In this document: one piece after another, positions 34,776 to 45,395 of the stretch
Layout of the letters: every line of letters starts with the position of its first letter
Position numbering within the stretch: the stretch's first letter is position 1
Origin: an uncultured delta proteobacterium
GTDB taxonomy: Bacteria > Myxococcota_A > Polyangia > Fen-1088
Direction of reading: 5' to 3'
Length of the DNA: 64,000 nt
NCBI GenBank assembly: GCA_963767925.1
Contig: CAVYGB010000009.1
Coordinates: 256,214-320,213, forward strand
Made by a program: the position numbers and the translations under genes
Notes under the pieces: generated by a model
The model's database searches: none
Seen by the model: the letters and a program-made list of their open reading frames with translations, nothing else
Told to the model about the DNA's origin: nothing

Positions 34776-35582
34776 TCAGAGCGGCCCGAACGCGGCCCAG
34801 AGGATGCTGCGCTCGACGAGGTCCTCTCCGGCCGCGGTGAGGTCGCCGTCAGGTCCCAGAAACAACCCCACGCGGCGGGCGGGCGCTGCCAGCGTGGACA
34901 TGGTCGCGCCTTCCTCGTAGGTGAAGATGGCCGCTCGCTGGGCGTTGTCGGAAAGGCTTGCCACAACGGTGGCGCTCGCCGCGGGAACCCCGAAGTTCAT
35001 CCGGATGGCGGCTGCCTGCGCGACCTCGAGAGCGCCCGAGAATCCCCGGCCGATGGGATGCAGGGCCCCCGCGGGGGTGACGAGAATGCTCGTTCCCGGG
35101 GAGGTGCCGAACGCGCCCGCCTGAGACGTCGTCATGCCCATGGCGCCGAAGACCCCGGCGTTCATGACAACCACCGGCAGCTTCGTTGTCCGGTACCTGT
35201 CGCCGAGCGTGGCGGGGTCGACGCTGGAAGAGATGACGATCAGCCGGAGGCTCGGATCCGTCAGCGCCGGAGCTTCCGCATCGTCGATCAGGGTCACGAA
35301 GAGTTTGAGCTGGTCGAACAGGAAACCTTCGAGGACCGGGTCACCGCTCAGGGTGTTGTTGGCGTCTCCGACGACGAGGAAGACATGCGCGGGGCCGGGT
35401 GGCCGCATCGCCGTCACCTGGCCGTCAGGCCCGGCGTCCGGAGACCGCGGCGTCAGGTCCGCTTGCCGCCCATCGGCCAGAGGGCCCGCTGGGGCCGGCG
35501 TGTTTTCCGCCGCGCAGGCGGCGAGAGCGAAGCTGGATGCGAGACCCAGCCAGAAACGAGCGTGGCGGGTTCGAGAGCTCAT
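34776..35582 (-). CDS. Hypothetical lipoprotein
   Basis: MSSRTRHARFWLGLASSFALAA|C leader; globular domain (VISSSV, HPIGRG, APARRVGLFL). Confidence 0.7.
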   Translation of the reverse strand: MSSRTRHARFWLGLASSFALAACAAENTPAPAGPLADGRQADLTPRSPDAGPDGQVTAMRPPGPAHVFLVVGDANNTLSGDPVLEGFLFDQLKLFVTLIDDAEAPALTDPSLRLIVISSSVDPATLGDRYRTTKLPVVVMNAGVFGAMGMTTSQAGAFGTSPGTSILVTPAGALHPIGRGFSGALEVAQAAAIRMNFGVPAASATVVASLSDNAQRAAIFTYEEGATMSTLAAPARRVGLFLGPDGDLTAAGEDLVERSILWAAFGPL

Positions 35583-35825
35583 GGTCGCGAGTATCGCTAG
35601 AAATTGACCAACGCGACTGGGCAATCGACCTCCTTGATGGAGGAGGAGGTCCGACGCGTCATCGGAGAAGCATCTCGATGCGGCAGACCCGAATCGACAG
35701 GGCGGGGCAGCTCGAGGAACCGAGGACCAAGCTTCGATCCTGACGAGGGGGCCCGTCATCTGGCGGGGCCGACCCGGGGACGGGCTGCAACCGGACGTGC
35801 CGCGCCAACTCTGGCACGCCACTGG

Positions 35826-36497
35826 CTACACGTCGCGCCGAGTATGGAGTTGCAGGACGTGGCGTTCCAGAGCGATCGGCCGCAGCGTTGCAGCCGGCCC
35901 AGCGGAGGGACGCGCCTGTGCGGGAGTCGGCTGTGCGGGCGCCGCCGGTGGGGTCGGAGCGGTGTGCGGGAGTGGCGAGGCCGGGATGGGTAGCTGTTTC
36001 GCCTGGTGGGCAGTGGTGCGGGAACCAGTTCCGGCCCGGAACCACTGCTGTAGTTTCGCTGATTTGGCGGCTTCCGCAGCAGGTCTGGAGGTGCCGGTTG
36101 CGGCCGGAGGGCAGCGACCAGCTGCTTGACCTGATCCTCGGTTCGTCCAGCAGCGCGGTCCAGGATATCGGTCGCGTGCGCTTCGTCGAGCACGTCGCGC
36201 AGCTCGACGAGGGTGGTGAGGTTCAGTCGGCCGTCGGTGAGGTACTCGGCGATCACGGGAAAACGACAGCAGCCGCGCGGCCGTGGTGCGACGAAAAGCC
36301 GACGCCTTGGTGAGTCCGAGACGATCGGTGCAGAACGAAAACGGCGACGAGAACCCGAGCGCAATTACGGTCCTGCGCCGATCGAGCTCGGCCAAGAGGC
36401 CAAGCAGCTCGACGAGCAGGCTGCGTTCGTGCGTGCGGATTTCCAGGAGCCGCGTGGTGAGCGCGTGGTCTGGAAGGTCTGCCAGGATCAACATCAT
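35826..36497 (-). pseudogene. DUF222/HNH-associated protein remnant, frameshifted
   Basis: LLAELDRRR...GFSSPFSFC...LGLTKASAFRR; frameshift near 36283 to FPVIAEYLTDGRLNLTTL...AAGRTEDQVKQLVA; no HNH tail. Confidence 0.6.
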
Positions 36498-36771
36498 CCT
36501 GTTGTACTGCAGAGCTTTCCCACCTCGTCTCGCGCATCAGGCTGCTTTGACAGCGGCGATCTCAAGCAGGGGCTTGCACCGACCCACGGCTGCCCCGAGG
36601 TCGTCGATGGCACGGTACCGCGTGTTTGGGCGCGCAAATAGGGGGCGGGCGCGCGGGCAATCGCTCGTTCGAAAAATCCGTGTCAAGCGCAATCGGACCG
36701 ATACGCCAACATCCGCGAACGCCGGGCCGTTGGGCATATAGGCGGTACTGCGCCTGGTGGGCGTCGGGCGC

Positions 36772-37311
36772 TCAACTCGCCGACGCCCGCGCGGCTTCCT
36801 CGCGCAGCATCGCGAACAAGTCCGTGACGCCAGGATCGCAACCCTGCTGCGTGAGCAGGGCCGTGATCTGTCCGCGATGATGGGTCTGATGGTTGAAGAC
36901 GTGAGCGACCGCCCACCAGAGCGGAGACTCCTGCCTCTGGCCGCGGCGCATGTACACGAGCGGGGCGGCGAGCCGCTCCTGGGTGAGCCCGGAGACCCAG
37001 GCCGATAGCTCGTCGTCGGTGAGCGCTCGCTCCCGGCGGAGATCCTCGAAGTCGAGGTACAGCTCCTGGTCGAGGGAGCGGATGCCTCCAGGGCCCATGA
37101 ACTCGCCGGGGACAGTCACGCCCTTGAAGCGACCGAGCCAGACTCTGTCGGCGAGCAAGAGGTGGTTGAACGTGCCGTGGATCGACTTGAAGAACGCGCC
37201 TCCATCGTGCTTGCGCGCCTGGTCACTCAGCGTGGCGGCAAGCCCGTAGAGCTTGTCGTTCATCCAGCGGTTGTAGCGAGCCGAGGCGCCCAGCCAGTCG
37301 GGACTCATCAT
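36772..37311 (-). CDS. DinB-family protein
   Basis: YNRWMN, FFKSIHGTFNHLLLADRVW, HVFNHQTHHRGQ. Confidence 0.92.
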   Translation of the reverse strand: MMSPDWLGASARYNRWMNDKLYGLAATLSDQARKHDGGAFFKSIHGTFNHLLLADRVWLGRFKGVTVPGEFMGPGGIRSLDQELYLDFEDLRRERALTDDELSAWVSGLTQERLAAPLVYMRRGQRQESPLWWAVAHVFNHQTHHRGQITALLTQQGCDPGVTDLFAMLREEAARASAS

Positions 37312-37504
37312 CCTGGCAACAGTAGGACGGCCGCCTGGACGTTTCCAACGGTTTCCGGCGTGAGGCCACACGTCCGAGGGAATGGCCGGAGCCAGGGTGC
37401 CGGCGACTGGCGGTCGTGCTCGGCCGGGGCGCAGGCCCCGGCTGTTCTCGCGGCTACCAGGCAACCCATCCCAGGTTTGCCGCCTTCTGTATCATCGGAG
37501 CGGC

Positions 37505-38240
37505 ATGACCAGAATACGCACCGCGATCGTCCTCGGAGGCTCCGGGTCGGTCGGAACCGCACTGCTCCGCGGGTTGTTCCAGGACGATGGCTTCGACGCC
37601 GTCATCACCCTGTCGCGCCGATCGCTGCCCGAGGCCGTCGCGATGGCCCGCACCGCCGGCCGCAAGCTCGTGGAGAAGCTCGTCCCCGACATGACGCCCG
37701 CGCCCCTCGCCGCGGCGACGATCGATGCCGCGAGAGACCTCGACGGCGACCTGGAAGGATTCAGCGTGCTCGGCATCGGCGCCGGCACCGCGAAGCTCAC
37801 GCTCGAGGAACACCGCGCGGTGGACGTCGCGCTGAACGAAGCGTTCGCCCGCGGGCTGCGTGATTCGGGCAAGGTCCGGCATCTCGCGTTCATGAGCGCC
37901 GCAGGTGCGGACCCGACCGCGAACGCCAGCGGCAGGTGGTGGCGCAGGCATGCCGCGGTACAGGCGCGTGAAGGGCGAGGCCGAAGAGGCCGTGCGCGCG
38001 AGCGGGCCGGCGATCGTGAGCGTGTTCCGCCCCGCGATGATCATCGGCTCTCAGCACACGCCGTGGCTTCTCGAGAAGACGCTGCCGTTGTTCTCCTTCG
38101 TCACGCCGGCGAAGTACAAGTCGATCAGCGTGGAACAGATCGCGAAGGCGATGATCGCGACGGCGAAGCACCACCCCGCGACCAGCGCGACCTACCACTA
38201 CCCGGAGATGATGGCGCTGATCGCGACCATGCCGGGGTAG
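37505..38240 (+). CDS. NAD(P)-binding atypical SDR (TIP30-like), one frameshift near 37930
   Basis: GGSGSVG...MSAAGADP in one frame; Y-x-x-x-KGEAE...FRP in the next. Confidence 0.75.
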
Positions 38241-38300
38241 TCCTCTGGTGGCTTGCCACGAGGGATTCGGGTCGAGACGGATGACCCGGGCGGCCGACCG

Positions 38301-38837
38301 TCAGATCGACGGCTTCATCCCGGTCCCGAACCCGCCCCCAAGGGTGGCGAGAAGCTCGTCTAGCTGATCGAACGACTCGCCCATCCCACTTTTTCCCCCG
38401 GCGGCCAGGTCGGCGTCGAGAGCCTCCTTCGACGGATAGAGCTCGTGCAGCACCAGCAGCGTCTTGCCTCCCTTTTCCTCGAAGGTCAGGGTGCTGACGG
38501 GACCGTCTTCACCTTCCTCATTGGTCCATACGAGGCGCGCCTGCGGTATCACTTCGAGGTACTTACCGAAGAATGCCACGGGCTGCGCGTCGCCCTGGCC
38601 GAAGACAAAACGGTACTGGCCCCCGACGCGAACATCCACCTCGCAGGAGAGCAGGGTCACGCCAAACGCCTTTGGTACCCACCACTGCTTGAGGAGCTCC
38701 GGCTTGGTCCACGCCTCGAACACGATGCGCGCCGGGCCGTTGATGGTTCGCGTGACGACCAGCTCACGCTCGGACTTCCGTTCCACCGTCGTGCGGTTCT
38801 TCATGGGGGTAGGCTCACTCTCTCTTCTTGCGTCCAT
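38301..38837 (-). CDS. SRPBCC/AHSA1-family protein
   Basis: ELVVTRTINGPARIVFEAWTKPELLKQWW, DVRVGGQYRF. Confidence 0.9.
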   Translation of the reverse strand: MDARRESEPTPMKNRTTVERKSERELVVTRTINGPARIVFEAWTKPELLKQWWVPKAFGVTLLSCEVDVRVGGQYRFVFGQGDAQPVAFFGKYLEVIPQARLVWTNEEGEDGPVSTLTFEEKGGKTLLVLHELYPSKEALDADLAAGGKSGMGESFDQLDELLATLGGGFGTGMKPSI

Positions 38838-39186
38838 CGACCTTCTCCTTCCGCTCCAGCTCCTCGACAACCTTCTCCAGCTCGTCAAAGCGTGAGTCCC
38901 AGCGCTGGCGGTACCCCTCGAGCCATGCCGTCTCATCCTCCAGACGGCGCGGCCCGAGCTTGCAGGTCCGCACGCGCCCGACCTTCTCCGTGGTGACGAG
39001 CCCGGCCTGCTCCAGGACGCCGACGTGCTTCTTCATCCCCGTCAGGGTCATGTGGAACTTCTCGGCCAGGGTCGTTATCGAAGCGTCGGACCGTCCGAGC
39101 TGCTCCAGAACGCCACGCCGCGTGGCATCCGAGAGCGCCCCGAACGAGGCATCCAGGCTCGCTCGAACATACTGAACAGGGTGCAT
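38815..39186 (-). CDS. ArsR/SmtB-family regulator
   Basis: FGALSDATRR, KHVGVLEQAGLV, KVGRVR; overlaps the SRPBCC gene start. Confidence 0.9.
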   Translation of the reverse strand: MHPVQYVRASLDASFGALSDATRRGVLEQLGRSDASITTLAEKFHMTLTGMKKHVGVLEQAGLVTTEKVGRVRTCKLGPRRLEDETAWLEGYRQRWDSRFDELEKVVEELERKEKVDGRKKRE

Positions 39187-39329
39187 CCTGTATTTCGGGC
39201 GGGGCTCCTGGATTTCTTACCGCGCCGCAGATCCGATCTGGCTCGGCGCACGTACCCTGACACCAGCGACCGTAAAGCGGGGGGGTGGCACGCTTGCCGG
39301 GCCCCCCGAGTGCATAAAAGGAGCGTGAT

Positions 39330-40409
39330 ATGCGATCTCTCAGGGGTTTGTCGATCGGGTTGGCCGGGTTGCTACTGGCGATGCCCAGCGCGTGCAAGGA
39401 TGAAAGCAATCCCGGACCGACGGGCGGGACCGGTGGATCGGGCGGCGCCGGCGGTCGAGGCGGCACCGGCGGCGGGGGCGGCACCGGCGGCGGTGGCACT
39501 GGCGGCGGGGGCGGCACCGGCGGAGCGCGGGCGGACGCGCGTCCCGACGCGCGGGGTCCCGACACCAGCAGCCCCGATGCCGGGGCTCCCCCGGTCCTGC
39601 CATGCCCGAGCCCCCCGGATGGGGGAGCCGGTGACGGCGGCAGCCTCGCCTGTCCGGGCCGGACGGTCGTGGCCTTGACCAGCACCAACACCCTGGTCAC
39701 GTTCGCGCCGGCGACTCCGGGCACCGTGACCGCCCCGGTGGCGATCACGGGCCTGCAGACGGGCGAGAACCTGATGGGCCTCACCCTGCGGCCGGCCAAC
39801 GGCAAGCTCTATGGCCTCGGCACCACCAGCCGCTTGTACGAGGTCAATCTTTCGACCGGGGCAGCCACCGCCATCGGCGCCGCCGCGTTCACCCCCGCCC
39901 TGGTGGGCATGTGGTACGGATTCGACTTCAACCCCACGGTTGATCGCATCCGGGTCGTCAGCGACGGCGAGCAGAACCTGCGCATGCACCCGGACATGGG
40001 CACCGTCGTCGACTCCGACACGGTCACCGCCGGCGTGCAGGGCGACCCCAATCTCACCCCCGCGGGTGAGGTGGTGGCCGCGTCCTACACCGGCAGCGTC
40101 CCGGGTTCGACCACGACCACCCTCTACGTCATCGACTCGGCAGCGAACACCCTGGGTCGTCAGGGCGGCGTCGCCGGCACCCCCTCGCCCAACGCCGGCG
40201 TGGTCACCACCATCGGCCCGCTGGGCGTGGACATCGTCACCGGCCCCGCCGGCTTCGACATCACCCCCGGCACCGACGTCACCTACGGCGCCTTCCGCGT
40301 CGGCACGACCACCAGCCTGTACACCGTGAACCTCACCACCGGCGCCGCCACCGTCGTCGGCCCCATCGGCGGCAACCCGGTCATCCGGGCCATCGCCCTG
40401 GTCCCGTAG
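39330..40409 (+). CDS. DUF4394-domain lipoprotein
   Basis: Leader ending PSAC; Gly-rich linker; RPANGKLYG, GFDFNPTVDRIRVVS, TTLYVID, GFDI. Confidence 0.85.
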   Translation: MRSLRGLSIGLAGLLLAMPSACKDESNPGPTGGTGGSGGAGGRGGTGGGGGTGGGGTGGGGGTGGARADARPDARGPDTSSPDAGAPPVLPCPSPPDGGAGDGGSLACPGRTVVALTSTNTLVTFAPATPGTVTAPVAITGLQTGENLMGLTLRPANGKLYGLGTTSRLYEVNLSTGAATAIGAAAFTPALVGMWYGFDFNPTVDRIRVVSDGEQNLRMHPDMGTVVDSDTVTAGVQGDPNLTPAGEVVAASYTGSVPGSTTTTLYVIDSAANTLGRQGGVAGTPSPNAGVVTTIGPLGVDIVTGPAGFDITPGTDVTYGAFRVGTTTSLYTVNLTTGAATVVGPIGGNPVIRAIALVP

Positions 40410-40423
40410 CGGAACCCGGCCTC

Positions 40424-40449
40424 CCCCCGCCGCGTGCGCGCGGCGGGGG
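40424..40449. terminator. GC hairpin between convergent genes
   Basis: 11-bp stem CCCCCGCCGCG / CGCGGCGGGGG with 4-nt loop, just after the DUF4394 stop. Confidence 0.6.
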
Positions 40450-40628
40450 CCTTCGTTGCCCCGGGAAGACCCCGGAGCTCAGCGACGGGGTGTCGGGAAA
40501 TTCGGTGTCTCGCGCCGGGGCTTCCGCGCCGCTCATCGACGGTCGGACCGGCGTGCTGAGCGTCGGCGGCGACCAGCGCGTCGAGGCCGACGCCTGGGCC
40601 AGGTGACCCCGGCCCGCCGCCGCCGGGT

Positions 40629-43600
40629 CTACTGGGTGAGGCTCATGTTGTCGATGAGGACGTCGGTGGCGCTCGAGCCGGCGCCGATGCCGAACTTGAC
40701 CGAGCGGCCCAGCGGAGGGGTGCAGGTGACCGAGCAGGTGGTCCAGCCCGAGCTGTTGGTGCAAGTGCTCTCGCCCCACATCGTGTACGACCCGCCGTTC
40801 TCGCTGCAGTAGAGGGTGATCGACTTGCTGGTCCCCTCGGCCTTCTGGAAGTTCGCCGACAGGGTGTAGCGCGACCCATTGGCCGTCCGCACCTGGTAGA
40901 TCTGGGCGCCGTCCCAGGCGCTGCTGCTGCCGATCGAGATCTTGCCGCTGCGGCCGTCGCCGTCCTGGGCGGTGGTGCTGGAGGTGAAGCTCCCGCTGCT
41001 CCCCGACCCGAAGTAGCTCACCCAGCCGGTGGTGCCGCTGACGAAGGAGGGGTTCGCGAACAGGTTGCTCGCGCTGGAGGCGCACACGCCCGCCTCGCAG
41101 GTCTGGCCGCCGCTGCAGCCGCCGCAGGAGGCGACCGTCCGGGTGAGGCCGCAGCTGTCGACCCCGGTGACGCCGCCGCAGTTCTTGGCCAGCCGCGCGC
41201 AGAAGGCTGCGTCGTTCTCCACCGTGCAGGTGGCGCTGGCGCTGATCGCCACCCGGTCCGGCACCACGTAGTAGTCGCTGGCGCTGGCGTTCTTTGCACC
41301 CGACACGCGTAGCTTCAGGGTGTGGGCCCCGTAGCTGAGCAGGGGGCTGGTCCACAGCAGCTGGTCGCCGAGGACGGTCGAGTTGTAGAAGTCCACGCTG
41401 GTCTCGGCCCCGCCGTCGATCGAGACGGCGCCGATGCCGTGTTTGGGGGCCTTGGTACCGTAGAGCTTGATCTTGACCCCCGTGAAGCGGAACGTCGCGT
41501 AGGCGCTGGAGCTCTTGTTCTCGGACTTGCTGCTGTTGTACGAGCTCCCGTTGCCGCAGCGGAAGCAGCTGGTCCAGCCGCTGCCGGAGTAGCTGAACTG
41601 GTTGTTCGACGTCCCGATGACGTTGTCGTCGACCACCACGCCGTTGCCGCAGACGTTGTCTTCGCCCGCGCCCCCGCAGGTCTGGGGGGAGGTGCAGCTA
41701 CCGCAGAAGGCAACCGTCCGGGTCGCGCCGCAGTTGTCGATCCCGGTGACGCTGCCGCAGTTCTTGCCCTTGCGCGCGCAGAACGAGCTGTCGGGCTCGT
41801 AGGCGCAGGTGCTGGAGTTGCTGATCACCGCCGCGTCGATGGCGACGAAGGTGTCGGTCGCCCGCGGGTTCTTGGTGCCGGTCACCCGCACCTTGACCGT
41901 GTGGTTGACCCCGGGCAGCAGGTTGCTCGCCGCCCACATCAGCTGATAACCCCGGCGGGCCTTGCTGTAGAGGTCGACCAGCTCCTCGGGGCCGCCGTCG
42001 ATCGAGACCGCCGCGATCCCGTGCAGGGGGTCCTCGACGCCGTAGAGCTGGATCTGGGTGCCCCTGAAGGTGAAGGTCGCGTATTTCCCGGCCACCTTCT
42101 CGTACGAGTTGGAGCTGTTGTACGCCTCGCTGGTCTTGCTGGCGTGACCCCAGTACTTGCCGTCGTCGGCGTAGTTGAACTGGTTCAGGCCGGTCCCCTT
42201 GGCCTTGCTGTCGATGACGGTGAGGCCTGTCGCCGGGTCGGAGGCGGCGTCCCAGGTGTGGACGTAGGTCTCGCTGAGGACGACCTTCAGATCGTCGGTG
42301 GTCGCGCCCCGCATGAGCGGCGTGCTGGGCCCGGCGGGCAGCAGCATGTACTGGTTCATCGGGGCGGTGGTCCCCGCCACGGTGGACCACTTGCGCGACC
42401 CGGCCGCGCTGCTGGCGTTGCCCCAGGACAGCCCGTCGTCGCACTTGCCCGCCGGCACCGGCTCGCCGTAGTAGAAGTTCAGGTACAGGGCGCCGCCGCA
42501 GCGCCGGGGAACCGGCTTGGCCGCGGGCGGCGCGACCTGGTAGGTCGACCAGGCGGCGTTCAAGGCCTCGAAGGTGTCCGACACGCTGGTCAGCCCGGAG
42601 GCCGCCGCGGCGATCTTGACGCTGACCGTGCCGTCGCCGTTGTCGACGGCGTAGTAGACCGATTCGGCGCGGGTGGGCGGCTTGACGCTCTGGACGTTGC
42701 CCAGGATCAGGCCGGAGCTGGTGGAGTCCATCACCCAGGAGGCGAAGTCGACCATCACCGACTGGTTGTTGGTGGTGGCGCTGACGAAGGCCACCTCACC
42801 CGCGACGAAGTTCTTCTCGTTCACCTTGCCCTGCCGCCACTTGCTCGCCACGTCCATCATGCCGGTGTAGGTGGCGATGGTGGTCTCGAGCGTCGGGTCG
42901 TGCGGGGCGCTGGCCTCGATCCCGCTGATCTCCATCGACTGGGTGGGCGGCGCTTGCCAGCGGAAGACGGCCTTGATGAACCCGGCCACGCCCGCCCAGG
43001 TCGCGTCGTTGGGCGCCACGAGCACGAACGAGCAGTAGGTCCGATCGCCCCACACGATCGCCTCCCAGGTGCGGAGCGAGACCGCGCCGCCGCTGGTGCT
43101 GGCAAAGCCCCAGGGGAGCCTGCCGAGCGCGACGTACATCGTGGCATTGGCCGACTGCTGGCCCAGCAGCTTGGCGAAGGCCGTCGAGCCGATCCCCATC
43201 ACCACGCAGCGCTGGGGCACGGTGGCCCACAGGTCCTCGCCGCTGTAGAGCAGGCCGTTGACCGAGCCGGCGAGGCCGTGGATGTTGAGGCCGGTGTTCG
43301 CGCCGCCGAGGTTGGAGCCGCCGAGGTTGGAGCCGCCGAGGTTGGAGCCGCCGAGGTTGGTGCCGGCGAGGTTGTTGCCGGCGAGGTTGGAGCCGCCGAG
43401 GTTGGAGCCGCCGAGGTTGGAGCCGCCGAGGTTGGAGCCGGCGAGGTTGGAGCCGCCGAGGTTGGAGCCGGCGAGGTTGGAGCCGCCGAGGTTGGTGGCG
43501 GCGAGGTTGTTGCCACCGAGGTTGTTGCCCCCGAGGTTGGCCCCGCCGAGGTTGGCCCCGCCGAGGTTGGCCCCGCCGAGGTTGGCCCCGCCGAGGTTGG

Positions 43601-43850
43601 CCCCGCCGAGGTTGGTGCCGGCCATGTTGGCGCCGCCCAGGTTGGCCCCCGACAGGTTGGCGCCCGCGAGGTTCGCGCCAGCCAGCGCCGAGGAGGTCTC
43701 CTCGATCACCGGTTCGCCCTCGGGCGACGTGGCGGATCCGGACGCGGGGGACTGACCATCGTAGACCGGTACCATGCACCCCGCTGCACCGAGACAGGCT
43801 GTCGCCCACACAGAGATCAGTCGCCTACCTGTCGTAAGAGTCTTCGCCAC
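40629..43850 (-). CDS. Large lipoprotein: pentapeptide repeats, unknown domain, two galactose-binding-like domains, two Cys-rich repeats, CBM4/9-like tail
   Basis: GGAGG RBS plus GTG; leader ending AAGC; duplicated YATF-x-F-x-G...LYG...HGI-x-AVSIDGG domain; duplicated FCAR-x-x-KNCG module; C-terminal NLFANPSF...IDN. Confidence 0.85.
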   Translation of the reverse strand: MAKTLTTGRRLISVWATACLGAAGCMVPVYDGQSPASGSATSPEGEPVIEETSSALAGANLAGANLSGANLGGANMAGTNLGGANLGGANLGGANLGGANLGGANLGGNNLGGNNLAATNLGGSNLAGSNLGGSNLAGSNLGGSNLGGSNLGGSNLAGNNLAGTNLGGSNLGGSNLGGSNLGGANTGLNIHGLAGSVNGLLYSGEDLWATVPQRCVVMGIGSTAFAKLLGQQSANATMYVALGRLPWGFASTSGGAVSLRTWEAIVWGDRTYCSFVLVAPNDATWAGVAGFIKAVFRWQAPPTQSMEISGIEASAPHDPTLETTIATYTGMMDVASKWRQGKVNEKNFVAGEVAFVSATTNNQSVMVDFASWVMDSTSSGLILGNVQSVKPPTRAESVYYAVDNGDGTVSVKIAAAASGLTSVSDTFEALNAAWSTYQVAPPAAKPVPRRCGGALYLNFYYGEPVPAGKCDDGLSWGNASSAAGSRKWSTVAGTTAPMNQYMLLPAGPSTPLMRGATTDDLKVVLSETYVHTWDAASDPATGLTVIDSKAKGTGLNQFNYADDGKYWGHASKTSEAYNSSNSYEKVAGKYATFTFRGTQIQLYGVEDPLHGIAAVSIDGGPEELVDLYSKARRGYQLMWAASNLLPGVNHTVKVRVTGTKNPRATDTFVAIDAAVISNSSTCAYEPDSSFCARKGKNCGSVTGIDNCGATRTVAFCGSCTSPQTCGGAGEDNVCGNGVVVDDNVIGTSNNQFSYSGSGWTSCFRCGNGSSYNSSKSENKSSSAYATFRFTGVKIKLYGTKAPKHGIGAVSIDGGAETSVDFYNSTVLGDQLLWTSPLLSYGAHTLKLRVSGAKNASASDYYVVPDRVAISASATCTVENDAAFCARLAKNCGGVTGVDSCGLTRTVASCGGCSGGQTCEAGVCASSASNLFANPSFVSGTTGWVSYFGSGSSGSFTSSTTAQDGDGRSGKISIGSSSAWDGAQIYQVRTANGSRYTLSANFQKAEGTSKSITLYCSENGGSYTMWGESTCTNSSGWTTCSVTCTPPLGRSVKFGIGAGSSATDVLIDNMSLTQ
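43296..43685. repeat. 15-bp coding tandem repeat, 26 copies, L(G/A)G(A/S/N/T)N
   Basis: CCGAGGTTGGAGCCG-type units, counted from the translation. Confidence 0.92.
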
Positions 43851-44351
43851 ACCTCCGGTTCATTCAGGAATCGGTCCAAGAAATGGTGGACTACATTGTC
43901 TAGCAATTCAGAGGATTAGCCTCGGAGGCCGGCCGTCCTCCGCGTCGTGGCCAGCGGCCCCTGTTGGCGGGCAGACAACGTTTCGCCTGAATTCACGCAA
44001 CGGCGGCGTTCAGCGCGGCCAGGCGACACGTGCGTGTCGAGGCTCCGTTGTACGCCGGCGCCAGTGGGCGGAACCGGCCATTGAAGAAGCGCGGGTTCCT
44101 GGCCATGCGGCGCGCGAGAGAGGGCCAGGGTTGTTTCGAGCTTCTGTGCCGGGCTTTTGCCCCAGGTCGCCGCTGCGGCGCCGTCGAGAGGCGTCCTCCT
44201 GCCCACGCTGGGCGTCGCGGCGCCGAAGCTGCCCTGTTCGCCTCGCGGCAGACCCTTCGGGGGCCAACTGCTGGCGGGGTGCTCGAGGTGTGGCCGGCGG
44301 GAGCCGATGATCGTTGGCTGAGCGGTTGTACGTCGCAATCATCCCACGAAC

Positions 44352-44951
44352 ATGGAGCTGAACATGGCCACCGCCGGCGCCGCCGGGCTTTCCAAGCGCT
44401 TCCAGGATGCCCTCACCTACGCCGCGATCAAGCACGCGGACCAGACGAGGAAGGGCTCGGGCGTGCCATACATCGCGCACCTCCTGGGCACGGCGAGCAT
44501 CGCTCTCGAATACGGAGCGGGGGAGGACGAGGCGATCGCAGCGCTCCTTCATGACGTGGTGGAGGACCAGGGTGGCGCGGCGGTCCTCGAAGAGATCCGA
44601 GAGAAGTTCGGGGCCGAAGTCGCCCGCATCGTGCAGGCGTGCAGCGACACGGACCAGACGCCCAAGCCTCCGTGGGAGGAGCGCAAGCGGCGGTATGTGG
44701 AAGATCTCCGTACCGCCGACCGTGCGGTCGCCCTGGTCTCCGCCTCCGACAAGCTCTACAACGCCGCGTCCATCGTGCGGGACCACCGGCGTGTCGGCGA
44801 GGCGTTGTGGCGCCGGTTCAGTGCGCCGAAGGAGAAGACGATCTGGTACTACGGCGCCCTGGTGGACGCCTTGAGGGCGAACCCGGCCACCCCACGCCCA
44901 CTCATCACCGAGCTCACGAGCATCGTGGAGGAGCTGGGCGCGCTGGGCTGA
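44352..44951 (+). CDS. HD-domain protein, small (p)ppGpp-hydrolase-like (Mesh1/SpoT-type)
   Basis: H-x-x-Q-x-RKGSGVPYIAH, ALLHDVVED, SDKLYN. Confidence 0.88.
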   Translation: MELNMATAGAAGLSKRFQDALTYAAIKHADQTRKGSGVPYIAHLLGTASIALEYGAGEDEAIAALLHDVVEDQGGAAVLEEIREKFGAEVARIVQACSDTDQTPKPPWEERKRRYVEDLRTADRAVALVSASDKLYNAASIVRDHRRVGEALWRRFSAPKEKTIWYYGALVDALRANPATPRPLITELTSIVEELGALG

Positions 44952-45191
44952 CCGGCAGAAGGCCGCGTGCGCGGCGCACCGGACTCGGGGCGCCGTCGGC
45001 GACCAGGCGCAGCGACCCGGACTGCGCGTGGTCACGCTCGCCGACGGACTCGATGACAACCGCGCGTTCCTGGTCCCGCCTTCCGGCGGCCGAGGCGAGC
45101 CGCAGGGTCGTGGACTCATGGGCTTCTCTCGTGTCGCCAGGCTGCTACCCGGTGAGCGACATCGAGCGCGACGTCATCGCCCTTCCCGACC

Positions 45192-45370
45192 TCGGTGCCG
45201 CTGACCTTGACAGCGGTCTGTCCGACGTCGCACACGAGGGCGGATGCGCACGCGATGGCTCGACCGCCCGCCTCGCCAACCAACCGTCCCCTCGCGCGCT
45301 TAGAGCACCCGCCTGGAGACCTGGCGCGCCGGCGACAATTGCGCGCAAGTCAGGCCGTTCCGAAAGTCCC
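45192..45370 (-). pseudogene. Degenerate internal duplicate of the ROK-like gene (matches 51995-52171)
   Basis: Direct DNA similarity, e.g. CCGACGTCGCACACGAGGGCGGATGCGC and TGCGCGCAAGTCAGGCCGTTCCGAAAG in both places. Confidence 0.8.
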
Positions 45371-45395
45371 CGTCACCATCCAGAGCGCCTTCGAG

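Noticed and set aside
43296..43685. 15-bp repeat array as CRISPR
   Set aside because: Contiguous in-frame coding repeats with no spacers and no cas genes
41322..43919. 865-aa + strand ORF with EVGAA repeats
   Set aside because: Antisense of the pentapeptide-repeat lipoprotein, which has the RBS, signal peptide and domains
43975..44056. Imperfect palindrome (ACAACG...CGTTGT) as an attC site
   Set aside because: R boxes do not fit RYYYAAC/GTTRRRY, internal pairing is weak, and it does not follow a gene stop
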